A stretch of DNA of 64,000 bases from Hyaloraphidium curvatum SAG 235-1 (Eukaryota > Fungi > Monoblepharomycota). The notes under the pieces were generated by a model. The model saw nothing but the letters and a program-made list of their open reading frames with translations. It was not told where the DNA came from and searched no databases. The stretch is taken from positions 558,001 through 622,000 of the forward strand of contig JAIVFI010000013.1 of assembly GCA_025558095.1 (NCBI GenBank), given 5' to 3'. A program made the position numbers and the translations under genes. Below are positions 46,394 through 56,451 of the stretch, one piece after another (position 1 is the first letter of the stretch; every line of letters starts with the position of its first letter).

Positions 46394-46933
46394 CTACGGA
46401 CGGTCCTCGACGCCAATGTCCTCGTTCCACACCCCCGGTTTCTCGGCGATGAACTTGTTCATCAAGTCCTTGCACTCGGCCAGGTCCAAGTTGATGACCT
46501 CGACGCCCCGAGAGCGCAGCAGGTCTTCGCCGCCCACGAACGTCGCGTTCTCGCCCATGACCACCCGGGGGATGCCGTAGAGCATGATCGCGCCCATGCA
46601 CATGTCGCAGGGGCTCAACGTCGTGTACATTGTCGCCCTCTTGTAGCTGCACGCCAACGACAAAGACGAAATCAACGAGAATGAGCCGGAAGTTTCGGTC
46701 TGGCCAGGAAGCGACGCCCACACGCTCGCCGGCAGCCTCCCCGCGTTCTCCAGCGCGTCCGTCTCGCCGTGCCGGATGGCCGAATCCATCTGCACCCGCT
46801 TGTTGTACCCCGAAGCCAGCACGGTTCCGTCCGCGACCAAGCACGCTCCGATGGGCACGCCGCCTTGGGACGCGCCCTCGCGTGCGGCATCGATTGCCTT
46901 CTGCATGAATGCGAGGTCTTCGGGGCGGGCCAT
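46394..46933 (-). CDS. FCY1: Cytosine deaminase
   Basis: GGVPIGACLV, RHGETDALENAGRL, MYTTLSPCDMC and WNEDIG. In-frame intron ~46648-46722. Confidence 0.92.
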   Translation of the reverse strand: MARPEDLAFMQKAIDAAREGASQGGVPIGACLVADGTVLASGYNKRVQMDSAIRHGETDALENAGRLPASVWASLPGQTETSGSFSLISSLSLACSYKRATMYTTLSPCDMCMGAIMLYGIPRVVMGENATFVGGEDLLRSRGVEVINLDLAECKDLMNKFIAEKPGVWNEDIGVEDRP

Positions 46934-47168
46934 GTCCGTCGCCGAGGGGGGAGCTGGCAAAGAAACGCGACAAAAAGAGTCTTTGGAACCGCAGATAGAA
47001 GAGGAGACGCTTTCCGGCTCGAGACACGAGGTGTGACTCGCTCGATCCCGGGGACGCGATCGACCGACACGGCGACAGGGTCATCCTCCCTGACCCCGAA
47101 TCCCGGCCCTCGAGCAGCGAATCCCGGCCGCCGCGCCTCCCTTTCGGAATCCATCCCCTCCCGCCGCG

Positions 47169-48179
47169 ATGCGCGGCCCCCGCCTCGCGCAGCACCTCGC
47201 GGAATCGCAGCGCCGCACCCCCGGCGCCTCCGGCTCCCTGACCATGCTCCTGAACGACATCGCGTCGGCCTGCAAGGCCATCGGCCACGAGGTCAACCGC
47301 GGCGCGCTCAACGGCAACCTGGACGTCGCGGGAACGGAGAACGTGCAGGGGGAGGTGCAGAAGAAGCTGGACGTGCTTTCGGACGAGATTTTTGTCAACG
47401 AGCTGGCCTGGACGGGCAGGTTGGCGGCCATGGCGAGCGAGGAGCACGAGAAGATCCTGCCCATCCCGCCCGAGTACCCGCGCGGCAAGTACCTCGTCGC
47501 CTTCGACCCGCTGGACGGCTCCTCCAACATCGAGGTCAACCTCTCCGTGGGCACCATCTTTTCCGTCCTGCGCGCGCCCGACGGACGGGAACCCACCGCG
47601 GAGGACTTTCTCCGCCCGGGGACGGAGCAGGTCGCCGCCGGGTTCTGCATCTACGGCCCCACCACCATGCTCGTGCTCACCACGGGCCACGGCGTGGACG
47701 GCTTCACCCTCGACCGCGACGTGGGCGATTTCGTGCTCACGCACCCGGGCATCCGCATCCCCGAGGACACGGCCGAGGTGGCCGTCAACGTTTCCAACCG
47801 CCGGCTGTGGGAGGAGCCCATGCGGCGCTACGTGGACGAGTGCTTCGCAGGGACCGAGGGCGGCCGCGAAAAGGCGTTCAACATGCGGTGGCTGGCGAGC
47901 ATGGTCGCCGAGGTGTACCGGATCCTCATGCGGGGCGGGATTTTCGCGTATCCGATGGACGAGCGGCTCAAGGACAAGGGGGGCAGGCTCCGGCTGCTGT
48001 ACGAGGCCAATCCGATGGCCTTCATCGTGGAGCAGGCGGGAGGGGCGGCGTCGACGGGGAGGGAGAGGATCATGGGAGTGGTGCCGGGGAGCGTGCACCA
48101 GAGGGTGCCGGTGGTGCTGGGGTCCAAGAACGAGGTGGAGCGGATCGTTAGATACCACCTGGAGGCGGAATCGGGCTGA
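47169..48179 (+). CDS. fbp: Class 1 fructose-1,6-bisphosphatase, proteobacterial (fbp/cbbF) type, intronless
   Basis: [43 protein letters not shown] and [20 protein letters not shown]. Confidence 0.93.
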   Translation: MRGPRLAQHLAESQRRTPGASGSLTMLLNDIASACKAIGHEVNRGALNGNLDVAGTENVQGEVQKKLDVLSDEIFVNELAWTGRLAAMASEEHEKILPIPPEYPRGKYLVAFDPLDGSSNIEVNLSVGTIFSVLRAPDGREPTAEDFLRPGTEQVAAGFCIYGPTTMLVLTTGHGVDGFTLDRDVGDFVLTHPGIRIPEDTAEVAVNVSNRRLWEEPMRRYVDECFAGTEGGREKAFNMRWLASMVAEVYRILMRGGIFAYPMDERLKDKGGRLRLLYEANPMAFIVEQAGGAASTGRERIMGVVPGSVHQRVPVVLGSKNEVERIVRYHLEAESG

Positions 48180-48506
48180 AAAAAAAACAGTACAAGGTGA
48201 AGGTGTTCCGGGGCCGGTTCCTGGGTTCGTGGTGGACTTCGGGGTGCTGCCTGAGGACCTTCCTCGTGACCGTGTTTACCCTGTTGATTGGGCTCTGGTC
48301 GATCCTGCGGGGGTCCGCGTTCTTCTCGCTGGACTCGATCTGCCCGACGCGGTGATCCGGTGCCGGCTGCGGTTCGCGGACAGGGCAGGGCCGAAAGACA
48401 GTCGGCGGCGTGGCGATTGAATGTCGAGCGGTGGCAGCCGACCACGGAGGCCAGGAATGCAAAACCGGGGTTCAGATTCATCGCCGCGTACGCAGGCATC
48501 AGTACA

Positions 48507-49418
48507 TCATGGAACGGCGTAGCTCGCCGCCAGCACCGCCAACCCCCGCTCGGCCTCGCACTTGACGGGGTGGTACAGCTTCCCCGGCCCAACCGTCCCG
48601 TTGCCCAACTCCGCGAGCCTTTCCAGCGACTTGGGCTCCAGCAAAGGGCCCCAGTGGCCGTTCTTGTAGGTCCCGATCATATTCGGATCGAAGGGGGCGA
48701 AGGAGCAGTCGGGGTCGCGGTCGCACACGGCACCGGCCAGCGCCTCGTGGTGTCCCCTGGCCCCTGCTTCCACCGCGGCGAGGATGTTGGTCGCCAACCG
48801 CCGCGAGACGCGGGACACGGCCCAGTAGAACTGCGTCAGGTTGCGGCCCCCCGCGGGGTCGAGGCACGGCACCTCGCCGGGCAGCACGCACGAGGGCGCC
48901 CACCACCACGATTCCGGGGTCGAATGGGAGTCCCAATTGCCGGTGGCGTCGGCTGGGGAACCCCTGTGCCCGCCGAAAAAGTCCTCCCACTTTCCGGTGA
49001 AGAGCGCATCGTGCTCGACGAGCCAGGCGTGGTCGTGGTCGCTGGCGCGGAGCCACCGGAGGAAGTCCCGCTTGGAGTCGCCCGAGTAGGAGCGGAAGTG
49101 GGTCCAGTTGCCGACGGCGACGGGCAGCGCGGCGGGGTTAATGAACTGCACGCCGCGGGCACGCAGCCGCGCGAGGAGCGTCCGCGACACGTTTGCCACG
49201 CCGACGAGCGCGAGCACGGGGTGCGCCGGGCCGGCCGTGGCTGCTAACTGCAGCAAAGTGCCCGCCGAGCACGAATCGAGCGTCCCGGCCACAAACACCG
49301 CGGGCTCCGCGGGGCGCGGGTCGCCGCCAGTCCGCGCGAGGGACCCGGCGGCGCCCGCAGCGAGCACGCCGAGCGCCACGCCGCACGCAAGGGTAGCGAG
49401 CGTGCAAGCTCTACGCAT
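48507..49418 (-). CDS. Type II membrane/secreted DUF3405-like putative glycosyltransferase
   Basis: N-terminal TM segment, AWLVEHDALFTGKW, GHHE and C-terminal LYHPVK. Confidence 0.6.
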   Translation of the reverse strand: MRRACTLATLACGVALGVLAAGAAGSLARTGGDPRPAEPAVFVAGTLDSCSAGTLLQLAATAGPAHPVLALVGVANVSRTLLARLRARGVQFINPAALPVAVGNWTHFRSYSGDSKRDFLRWLRASDHDHAWLVEHDALFTGKWEDFFGGHRGSPADATGNWDSHSTPESWWWAPSCVLPGEVPCLDPAGGRNLTQFYWAVSRVSRRLATNILAAVEAGARGHHEALAGAVCDRDPDCSFAPFDPNMIGTYKNGHWGPLLEPKSLERLAELGNGTVGPGKLYHPVKCEAERGLAVLAASYAVP

Positions 49419-49599
49419 TCGGCCCCGGTCGGGCAACGCGAAACAAGGGCAGGGGTGCCGCGAGTTTGGTTATTTGGGGGGGATGCTGCACGACCCCTCT
49501 TCCTTCCCCGCCCTTCCTCACGTCTAGCCCACACCCACCACCACTCCGCTACATCGAAGCAGAAGCCCGATTCCTTGCGTGAACGAATAGATACGAAGC

Positions 49600-49945
49600 A
49601 TTCTGACGCCGCCCCGCACCGCATCCCCTTGTACCCCTCCCACGCCCTCACGGCCTGCACGGCGCCCCACGTCCGCCTCCACGGCCAGCAGCAGCGCCCC
49701 CAACCTCGCGCACTTCCCCTCCGGCCCCTCCCACGCCCCGCAGTCCCACCCCCTGCCCAGGATCCGCGCCAGCTCGCACGCCTCCCTCGGGTCTCGCACG
49801 CCTCCCTCGGGTCCGCGACCTTGCGCGCCGACAGCGCCAGCAGCCCTGGCCCTCGTATCGTGCCCCAGGTCCGTATCCGCGTCCACCCGCGCCCGCTTGT
49901 CCCCCAACAGAGCCTTCTACCCCCCCCTTGATGTCGATCTTCCAC
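49600..49945 (+). repeat. Direct duplicate of the 3' end of the GT14 gene (~53200-53530)
   Basis: Near-identical runs such as cgcatccccttgta(c/t)cc(c/t)tcccacg and gtccacccgcgccc..ttgtcccc. Confidence 0.85.
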
Positions 49946-49949
49946 CCCG

Positions 49950-50260
49950 CAGTTCACCAATCGGAGAAAGCCTGGAAATGCGATGTATGCGGCGATACGA
50001 GCGGACGCCGGGACTTTACACCCGGTGCTACAAGCCGGAAACTAGGAAGTCCGGGTACCGTCCATATCGGCGCATCAGGCCCGCAAAACCGTCACGGGAC
50101 GGCGTAGCTCGCCGCCAGCACCGCCAGGCTCCGCTCGCCCTCGCACTTGACGGGGTGGTACAGCTTCCCCGGCCCGACCGTCGCCTTCCCGAGCGCCGCG
50201 AGCCCCTCCAGCGACATGGGCTCCAGAAACGGGCCCTAGTGCCCATAGCTGTACGTCCCG
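49950..50260 (-). repeat. Inverted duplicate of ~58980-59290 (3' end of a DUF3405-like gene plus downstream sequence)
   Basis: ccaatcggagaaagcc..aaatgcgatgtatgcggcgat..gagcggacgccgggactttaca matches the reverse complement of 59180-59290; encodes ...KLYHPVKCEGERSLAVLAASYAVP. Confidence 0.85.
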
Positions 50261-51011
50261 CCAAGGCGACGCACTGGGCTTTTGATCTCATCCATTTCCG
50301 CGGTGCACTTTAGCGTTTCGACGACCGGCGAATCTGACGGCTATCGCCGCCGCACCCTGCCGCTCCCCACGATCGCGCAGATGTGCGCACAACGGGGTGA
50401 ACCGCGCGGAAACTGGTGAGCCTACCGTGCTTTATGCGCGCCAAGCTCCGCTTTGCCCGGAGCGATCGTCGTCACAGGCCGACGGCAATGCCCGACGGTG
50501 ATGCCCGACGGCGGTACGGCCATTTCGCGCACGCGTTCGGTTTGCCGCCGGGGGGCGAGGTCGGCGATCGCGGATACCGGTCGGAATCTCGTCCAATTCA
50601 TCACCCTTGATGGAGATCCCGGAATTCTCGGCCGTGGCCGCCCCGCCGATTTGGGGAATTCGACGGCGAACTGCTTAAAATTCACCGTGCCTGGACAGAA
50701 CCCGCCGAGGTGGGTCCAAAGGGCCAAGCCCGCTCCCCTGCCAAAACTTTACCGGATTTCCAAAGGCAGAGATCTTCCATATGTCGCCAGTTTCCACATG
50801 TTCTTCCCCGCGTCTGCCTCCTGATTCGCTTACAAACCACGGTGGCATGAGCACCACCAGCCGAAGCAGCATTGGACCCGTTTATAGCCCCCGCCTCGCA
50901 AACCCCCGACCAATCGATCGCCGGCAAGGACAGGCCCGCCTCGATAACTACCCCGGCACCCGATCTCCGTCCGCCCCAACCGCCGCCAACCGCGACCGGC
51001 CTGCCGCCAGC

Positions 51012-52918
51012 ATGCCCCGCCCCGTTCGCGCCGCCGGCCGCCTCGCCGCCTGGGCTGTGTGCGCGCTCCTCGTCGCGTCCTGCGCGACGGGGGCCGCCGC
51101 CGTCTTCATGCGCGCGCTCGTGGAGTACGGGCCCTCGCCGTTGGGACCTTGCGGAGGTGGGCGCACGTGGCATCCGGAGCCCGCCAAACACAGGGCGAAC
51201 CTCACGCGTTCGGGCAGACAACTCGACGATTCTGCGCGTTTACACCATCTTCTCGGTTTCGTCCTCGCTCTGCCTGCCCTCCGATACCCCGTCCTTCGCC
51301 GCCAGCTCCTGCGTAGCGGCGAACGGCGAAACCCACGCCCGAACCTTCTGCACCGACCTGCCCTCGGTCCCCGCAGGCCGCGGCCTGCCCGGATGGCCGT
51401 TCGATGATCCCATTGAGCACCTGGGTAGGTTCAGCGGGCTCACCGAGCCATGGTCCTCGACGGCTGACGCCGTTTGCAGAACCGTCCCCCACGCACATCG
51501 AGCTCGTTTACGAAGGCGGCGCCCTGACCTGCCGCGGCTCCGACGGCGGGGCGGACGAGCCCCCACGGATTCCCTCAAGAGCGCCGACTTTGTTTTTTCC
51601 GGATGCGCGGACGCGGCCGGCGTCGTGTGCGAGCCCAGCGCCCGCGGCGGGCGCGACGGTCTCGAGTCGGCTTGCGGAAGATTTGGTGGGTCGCGGCACG
51701 CCCCGGACTAGCGTGCGTCATCTCACAATTCGCCCTGGTGCAGACAAGCATCCTCTGCGCGCCCAGAGGCGGTATGCCAGCTCGCTCCAACTGCAGTTTC
51801 CGCACCTTGCTCCGCGCGATGTGTCCTGCGTCGTAATGCAGACTCTCGACCCATCGGGCGATGCGGAAACGAGCTGCCCCAGAGCATGCATCGTCGGTGG
51901 AGCGGGCAACGCGTGCTACGGTTATTTTCCAGACAACAGATTGTGCACTATGGTTCAGTGCCCCGCGCCCCTTTCGCCTTCGAACTTTGTTTCGTGCGGA
52001 TCTGGACGTACCTGTGGAAAGCGTGAAAACGGCTTCACGTACGGGTTTTACGCTACGTCGTTCGAGAACTGCCAGCAGGTCTGCCGAATCCTGACTGGCA
52101 CTGAGCCCTTCATGTGCGACACCGCAGTATACAACACAGCGTCGCAGAAATGCACTCTCTTCGCCAAAGAGGATTGCAATGGCTACTGGACGCCCTCGGA
52201 TCCAGCCGATGGTCCCGTGGTCCTGACGGCCCCTACATGCCCGGAGGAGCTGCCTCCGAAGGGTACACCCTTTGTCAGCTGCGGATCGGACAGAGCATGC
52301 TGCGGATCAAGTTTCCATGACAATTCTACGTTCGAGAACGTGTTGTCCCTCGCGGATTGCGAGGCCCTCTGCTACGACGACGGCCCTCGCTGCGCTCTTG
52401 TTACGTACAACACAACCAGCCGGCAGTGCAGGCTCCATGGAAGCCGCTCTTGTGACGGCTTTGGCTACTTAAACGCCCCAGGCGTCAAGATGACCGCGAG
52501 GGCTTCTCGCTTCTGCGTATCGTCGGAGAGCCACAAGGACGAGGATGGGGGCTGTCGCCCCGGGGCATTCCCCCCTCCCCCCCCGCCTCCCCCGCCGGGC
52601 TGGCCCAACGGCACGTACGGCATGACGGCGACCTTCTGCGGACAGCAGACGTGCTGTCGGCCTGCGCCGGGCGTTTTCCTCGGTTACAAGGAGCGCGCCG
52701 GTGGGTATTGCCCGGACAGAGACGGGGGATGCGGAGTCGTCGAAACGACCAGGCCGGTCGCGAGGCGCACGACCTCGGCGAAGCGCACCAGCATCAAGAG
52801 GCGTTCGACGACCAAAAAGCTCATTGCGACCAAGAAGCGTACCACGATCAAGAAGCGGACGAGCACCAAAAAGCGCACGACCACCAAGAAGCGCCGGACG
52901 ACCACGAGGAAGGGATGA
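51012..52918 (+). CDS. Secreted Cys-rich protein with PAN/apple-like modules and a basic K/R/T tail; 5' part broken or multi-exon
   Basis: Signal-like MPRPVRAAGRLAAWAVCALLVASC; SFENCQQVC..CDTAVYNTASQKCTLF and SLADCEALC..CALVTYNTTSRQCRLH. Confidence 0.55.
52760..52915 (+). repeat. Imperfect 18-bp tandem repeats encoding KKRTTT-type units
   Basis: aagaagcg(c/t)ac(g/c)ac(g/c)acc-like periodicity. Confidence 0.75.
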
Positions 52919-53206
52919 GGGGGGGCAGGGGCGGGGGCATTGGAGCGCATCCAGGGGGTGTCCACGGCGGCTGGGAGGGCGGCCGGTGAGGTAAGTCGTC
53001 GGGTGGAGGGCACGGCTCAGTGGCTCTACGAGATGGAAGGGTAAACTTCGGGGGGCAGGGGTTCGCTTTTCGTGTATATTGTCTTCTGATCGAGAACTGC
53101 ATCCAGTCACCGTGTCCATAAGTCGTACCGAAAAATGGGTCTATGGTCTAGCGGCAATGGAACGTGCCAACCATGCATCACGGGCCTGTCCCCACAGCCC
53201 AGACGC

Positions 53207-55849
53207 TCACGCCGCTTCGCATCGCATCCCCTTGTATCCTTCCCACGGCGTCACCGCCTCCACGGCGCGCACGTCCGCCCCCACGGCCAGTAACAGCGCC
53301 CCCATCCTCGTGCACTCGCCCTCGGCCCCCTCCCACGCGCCACAGTCCCCGCCCCTGCCCAGGATCTTCGCCAGCTCGCACGCCTCCCCCGGATCCGCGA
53401 CCTTCCTCGCCGAAAGCGCCAAGAGCCCCCTCGCCCTCGCGTCGTGCCACAAATCCGTATCCGCGTCCACCCGCGCCCTCTTGTCCCCGGCCACCGCCTT
53501 CTGGCCCCCCTTGATGTCGATCTTCCACCCCCCTCCCTCCTCGTGCTCCCAAAACGCCTCCCTGAGCCTCAGCGCGCCCTCCACCCACCCCTTCCCGACC
53601 GCCCTGGTCATCTGCATCCGGTCCCAGTCCCAGTACTTGAGCGTCTTGCCGCAGACCTCCCCCCCGGGCCCGGCGCCGCCCAGCTTGCGGCGGAAGGCGA
53701 GGTGCAGCGCCGCCGTGGTCACGTACCCCTCGTCCGGGATCGGCCGCGTGCGCCAGGCACCCAGCAGCAGCGCGCGGAGCTCCGGGTCCTCAAGCAGGCT
53801 GCGGACGAGGGCGCGGGAGAGCACGTGCCACTGCGAGAGGGACGAAGACAGCGGCGGGTTCACGGGCAGCGGGGGCAGGAGCCGCGTGCGGGGGGGGAGC
53901 TGCCACGTGAACCCGCCCTCCCTTGCGGCGCGGGCGACGTCCTCCCTGTCGGCCTCGTGGAAGATGTACGAGAATTTGTGGGGATGGCGGGACGCCGGCA
54001 GGGGGTGGCGCAGGTCGTCGGGGAGGTCGTGCAGGTACGGCCCGCGGTGCAGGCGGCCCGAGGGGAACGGCGTCCGCCAGCCCTCGCCCGGATCGGGGAT
54101 GGGGATCGCGCGGGTGGGGGTGGAGCCGGGTCGGGCGGCGAGCGGCATGCGCAGGGCAGGGCCGTGGACGTCGGTGTGCAGCCCGACGAACGACACCCCG
54201 CCGTCAGCATTGCCGGCGAGGGGGTGGCACGGCGCGTTGCGGAACGGCCGGTGGTGCCGAACCAGCGCGTCCCTGACCGCGTGGAGCCACTGCGCGTCCA
54301 GGTCGTCCGGGGGCCACAGGAATAGGTCGGTGCCGGCCATGTTGACCACGTGCGTCCAGGCGCCCGCGGGCCCGGGGATCTCCAGGCCGCGGGCGTCCGA
54401 CGTCCGGGGGAGGAAGGCAAACATCCAACACGAGGCTTCCATGTACAGCAGCGGAATCCTTGCCCACGCCCCGCGGAAGGACATCCTCTTGGGCATGATC
54501 CACAGGTTGCGCGGCAACCCCGCGCGGCGGTTCGACTCGGCGAGCACCTCGGCGAGGAGCCCCAGCGAGTGCCTCAGGCGGGGGGACGAGTTGGCGTCCA
54601 CGTGCACGGCGAACTTGTGCCTCCGCGGCGTGTAGTAGGTCGGCAGCAGGGCCAGAAGCAAGGGGAGCGCGCGGCTGCGGGGCACGTCGCCCGTGCCGCT
54701 GCCCGACGCGAAAAGGTGGGCTTCGGTGACGTAGATGCAGAAGAAGATGTCGGTCGAGTTGGCCGCGTCCTGCGGGGGGGGCAACGGGGTGTGCCGCGCG
54801 AGGAGGCGGAGGAACTGGACGTCGCCCGCGTCCAGCCAGGGGCCGTACGAGGCGGCCTCGGCCGCGACGGGGTTGGCACCGGCCTTTTCGACCAGGCACG
54901 TGGCATTCAGGGGCAGGTAGTACCCCTCGGGCACCATGTCCGGGCCCTTGGAGCCCTCGCCGACCGCGTTGAACAACTCCCCGGCGGGAATCCTGATCTC
55001 CCCCCCACCGGGTGGCCCGCCCCAGGCTAGGAGGCACAGCAGCGCCGCCGAGGCCGAAGAGGTGCAGTCCCTGGGCCCGGTGCCACGCCTGCGTTCGCCG
55101 ATGGCCGCCGCCATAAGCGCGGTCTGCGTCCGGTTGAGCCGGAACCACGCGGGCAGGTAGAGCTTTGCGGGCCGGCCGTCGTCGAGCGTGACGCCGACTG
55201 TCGCCTTGTTCCCGCCGCGTGCCACTTGGACGTGCTCTGGGCGGAGCTCGGCCCAGGAGGAGTTGACGAATATCCGCCCGCTCTGCTCGTCCACCTCGAC
55301 GGTCGGGAGCAGCCCGTGCGTCCACCACACCTGCCCGCAGTCGGCGCAGAGGAGCACTCGGCTCGCGATGGCTGCGGCATCGGCGTCGGGCGTCGACGTT
55401 GCTGTCCGCCCCCACGCGCTTCCGTGTGTCGACCCCGCGTCGGAATCCAGCGGCAGCAGGTGCCCGCAAAACGCGCCTGCCGTCCGCGGCGGGCACGCAC
55501 AGGGGCGGAAGCCGTCCAACAGCGATCGCAGCGCCGGCCCCAGCGCGGCGGCGGGCACGGGAGCCCCGCCCAACGCGCACTCCGTCTTGCCGCCCGACGC
55601 GCGGCCCCCGCCGTGCCGCCACGCCGCCACCCGCCCGCGCCCGCGCTCAGCCCGCGGCGCGCACTCCAACCACTCCGCCGGCGGCACCCGCACGCCCCAC
55701 TGCGGCGCCCCGGGCGGCCCGCGCAGCCCAACCACAAACCCCCCCTCCCCGCCTCGCCGCCCGGCAACGAGCGCCCGCACCGCCGCCCACGCACAGGCAA
55801 TGACGACGAGCAGCCGTGTGAGCCGCGTGCGCCACCGCCGCGGCGGCAT
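53207..55849 (-). CDS. GT14 (core-2/I-branching, xylosyltransferase-like) glycosyltransferase
   Basis: N-terminal TM segment; AVHVDANS, AWARIPLL, WTHVVNMAGTDL, SQWHVLSRALV and IPDEGYVTT. Confidence 0.78.
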   Translation of the reverse strand: MPPRRWRTRLTRLLVVIACAWAAVRALVAGRRGGEGGFVVGLRGPPGAPQWGVRVPPAEWLECAPRAERGRGRVAAWRHGGGRASGGKTECALGGAPVPAAALGPALRSLLDGFRPCACPPRTAGAFCGHLLPLDSDAGSTHGSAWGRTATSTPDADAAAIASRVLLCADCGQVWWTHGLLPTVEVDEQSGRIFVNSSWAELRPEHVQVARGGNKATVGVTLDDGRPAKLYLPAWFRLNRTQTALMAAAIGERRRGTGPRDCTSSASAALLCLLAWGGPPGGGEIRIPAGELFNAVGEGSKGPDMVPEGYYLPLNATCLVEKAGANPVAAEAASYGPWLDAGDVQFLRLLARHTPLPPPQDAANSTDIFFCIYVTEAHLFASGSGTGDVPRSRALPLLLALLPTYYTPRRHKFAVHVDANSSPRLRHSLGLLAEVLAESNRRAGLPRNLWIMPKRMSFRGAWARIPLLYMEASCWMFAFLPRTSDARGLEIPGPAGAWTHVVNMAGTDLFLWPPDDLDAQWLHAVRDALVRHHRPFRNAPCHPLAGNADGGVSFVGLHTDVHGPALRMPLAARPGSTPTRAIPIPDPGEGWRTPFPSGRLHRGPYLHDLPDDLRHPLPASRHPHKFSYIFHEADREDVARAAREGGFTWQLPPRTRLLPPLPVNPPLSSSLSQWHVLSRALVRSLLEDPELRALLLGAWRTRPIPDEGYVTTAALHLAFRRKLGGAGPGGEVCGKTLKYWDWDRMQMTRAVGKGWVEGALRLREAFWEHEEGGGWKIDIKGGQKAVAGDKRARVDADTDLWHDARARGLLALSARKVADPGEACELAKILGRGGDCGAWEGAEGECTRMGALLLAVGADVRAVEAVTPWEGYKGMRCEAA

Positions 55850-56451
55850 CGGGCGTGGGCCGCGGGGCGGCGGGCAAATTGTTTGTGGAGGAACCGCCGG
55901 CCCCGCCGCCTTGACGCAATCGCGGACGGCCAACAGCCGGCATCCGGGGAATCGGCAGGAAAGAACCGATTCCAGCTCGGATGCATCCTTTTGTGCGGCC
56001 AGTGGGCACCCAGAGTCCGCTGCCCCCCAACTCCCCACGCCTGCAAAGCCACCCTTACGCCCCGGCCCAAACTGACGCCGAGAATAGCATTCCCCTCCCG
56101 TGTCACCATACGCGACGGGATGGAAGAGGATGGAAGCCGAATCCGTGCGCCGACAGCGCGATTCTCGCTCCCCCGGCCAAGTTGACTTGCTTGGCCCGGC
56201 CTCGGCCTCACTCGGCCGCGTTGCTCGCTCGCCCATACCGAAAACGGGGGCAAACACCAACCTGGCAGCCTAAAGACGCATTGAAAGCCTTGCTTTGGTC
56301 ACTGAGAGGCAGCAGTATTGGATGTCCGGCGTAGTGGATGAATAGTTCCCGGGGAGCGATCGACGCTTGCCACGCCAACTCCTACTACGCATCCTGCCAC
56401 CTCCGGTGTGCGCCTTGGCCCGACTCGGACCGGCCCGGGGACGCGCCGGCG

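Noticed and set aside
47169-48179. Bacterial contamination of the whole window
   Set aside because: Flanking genes have spliceosomal introns and eukaryote-specific domains; only isolated genes look bacterial.
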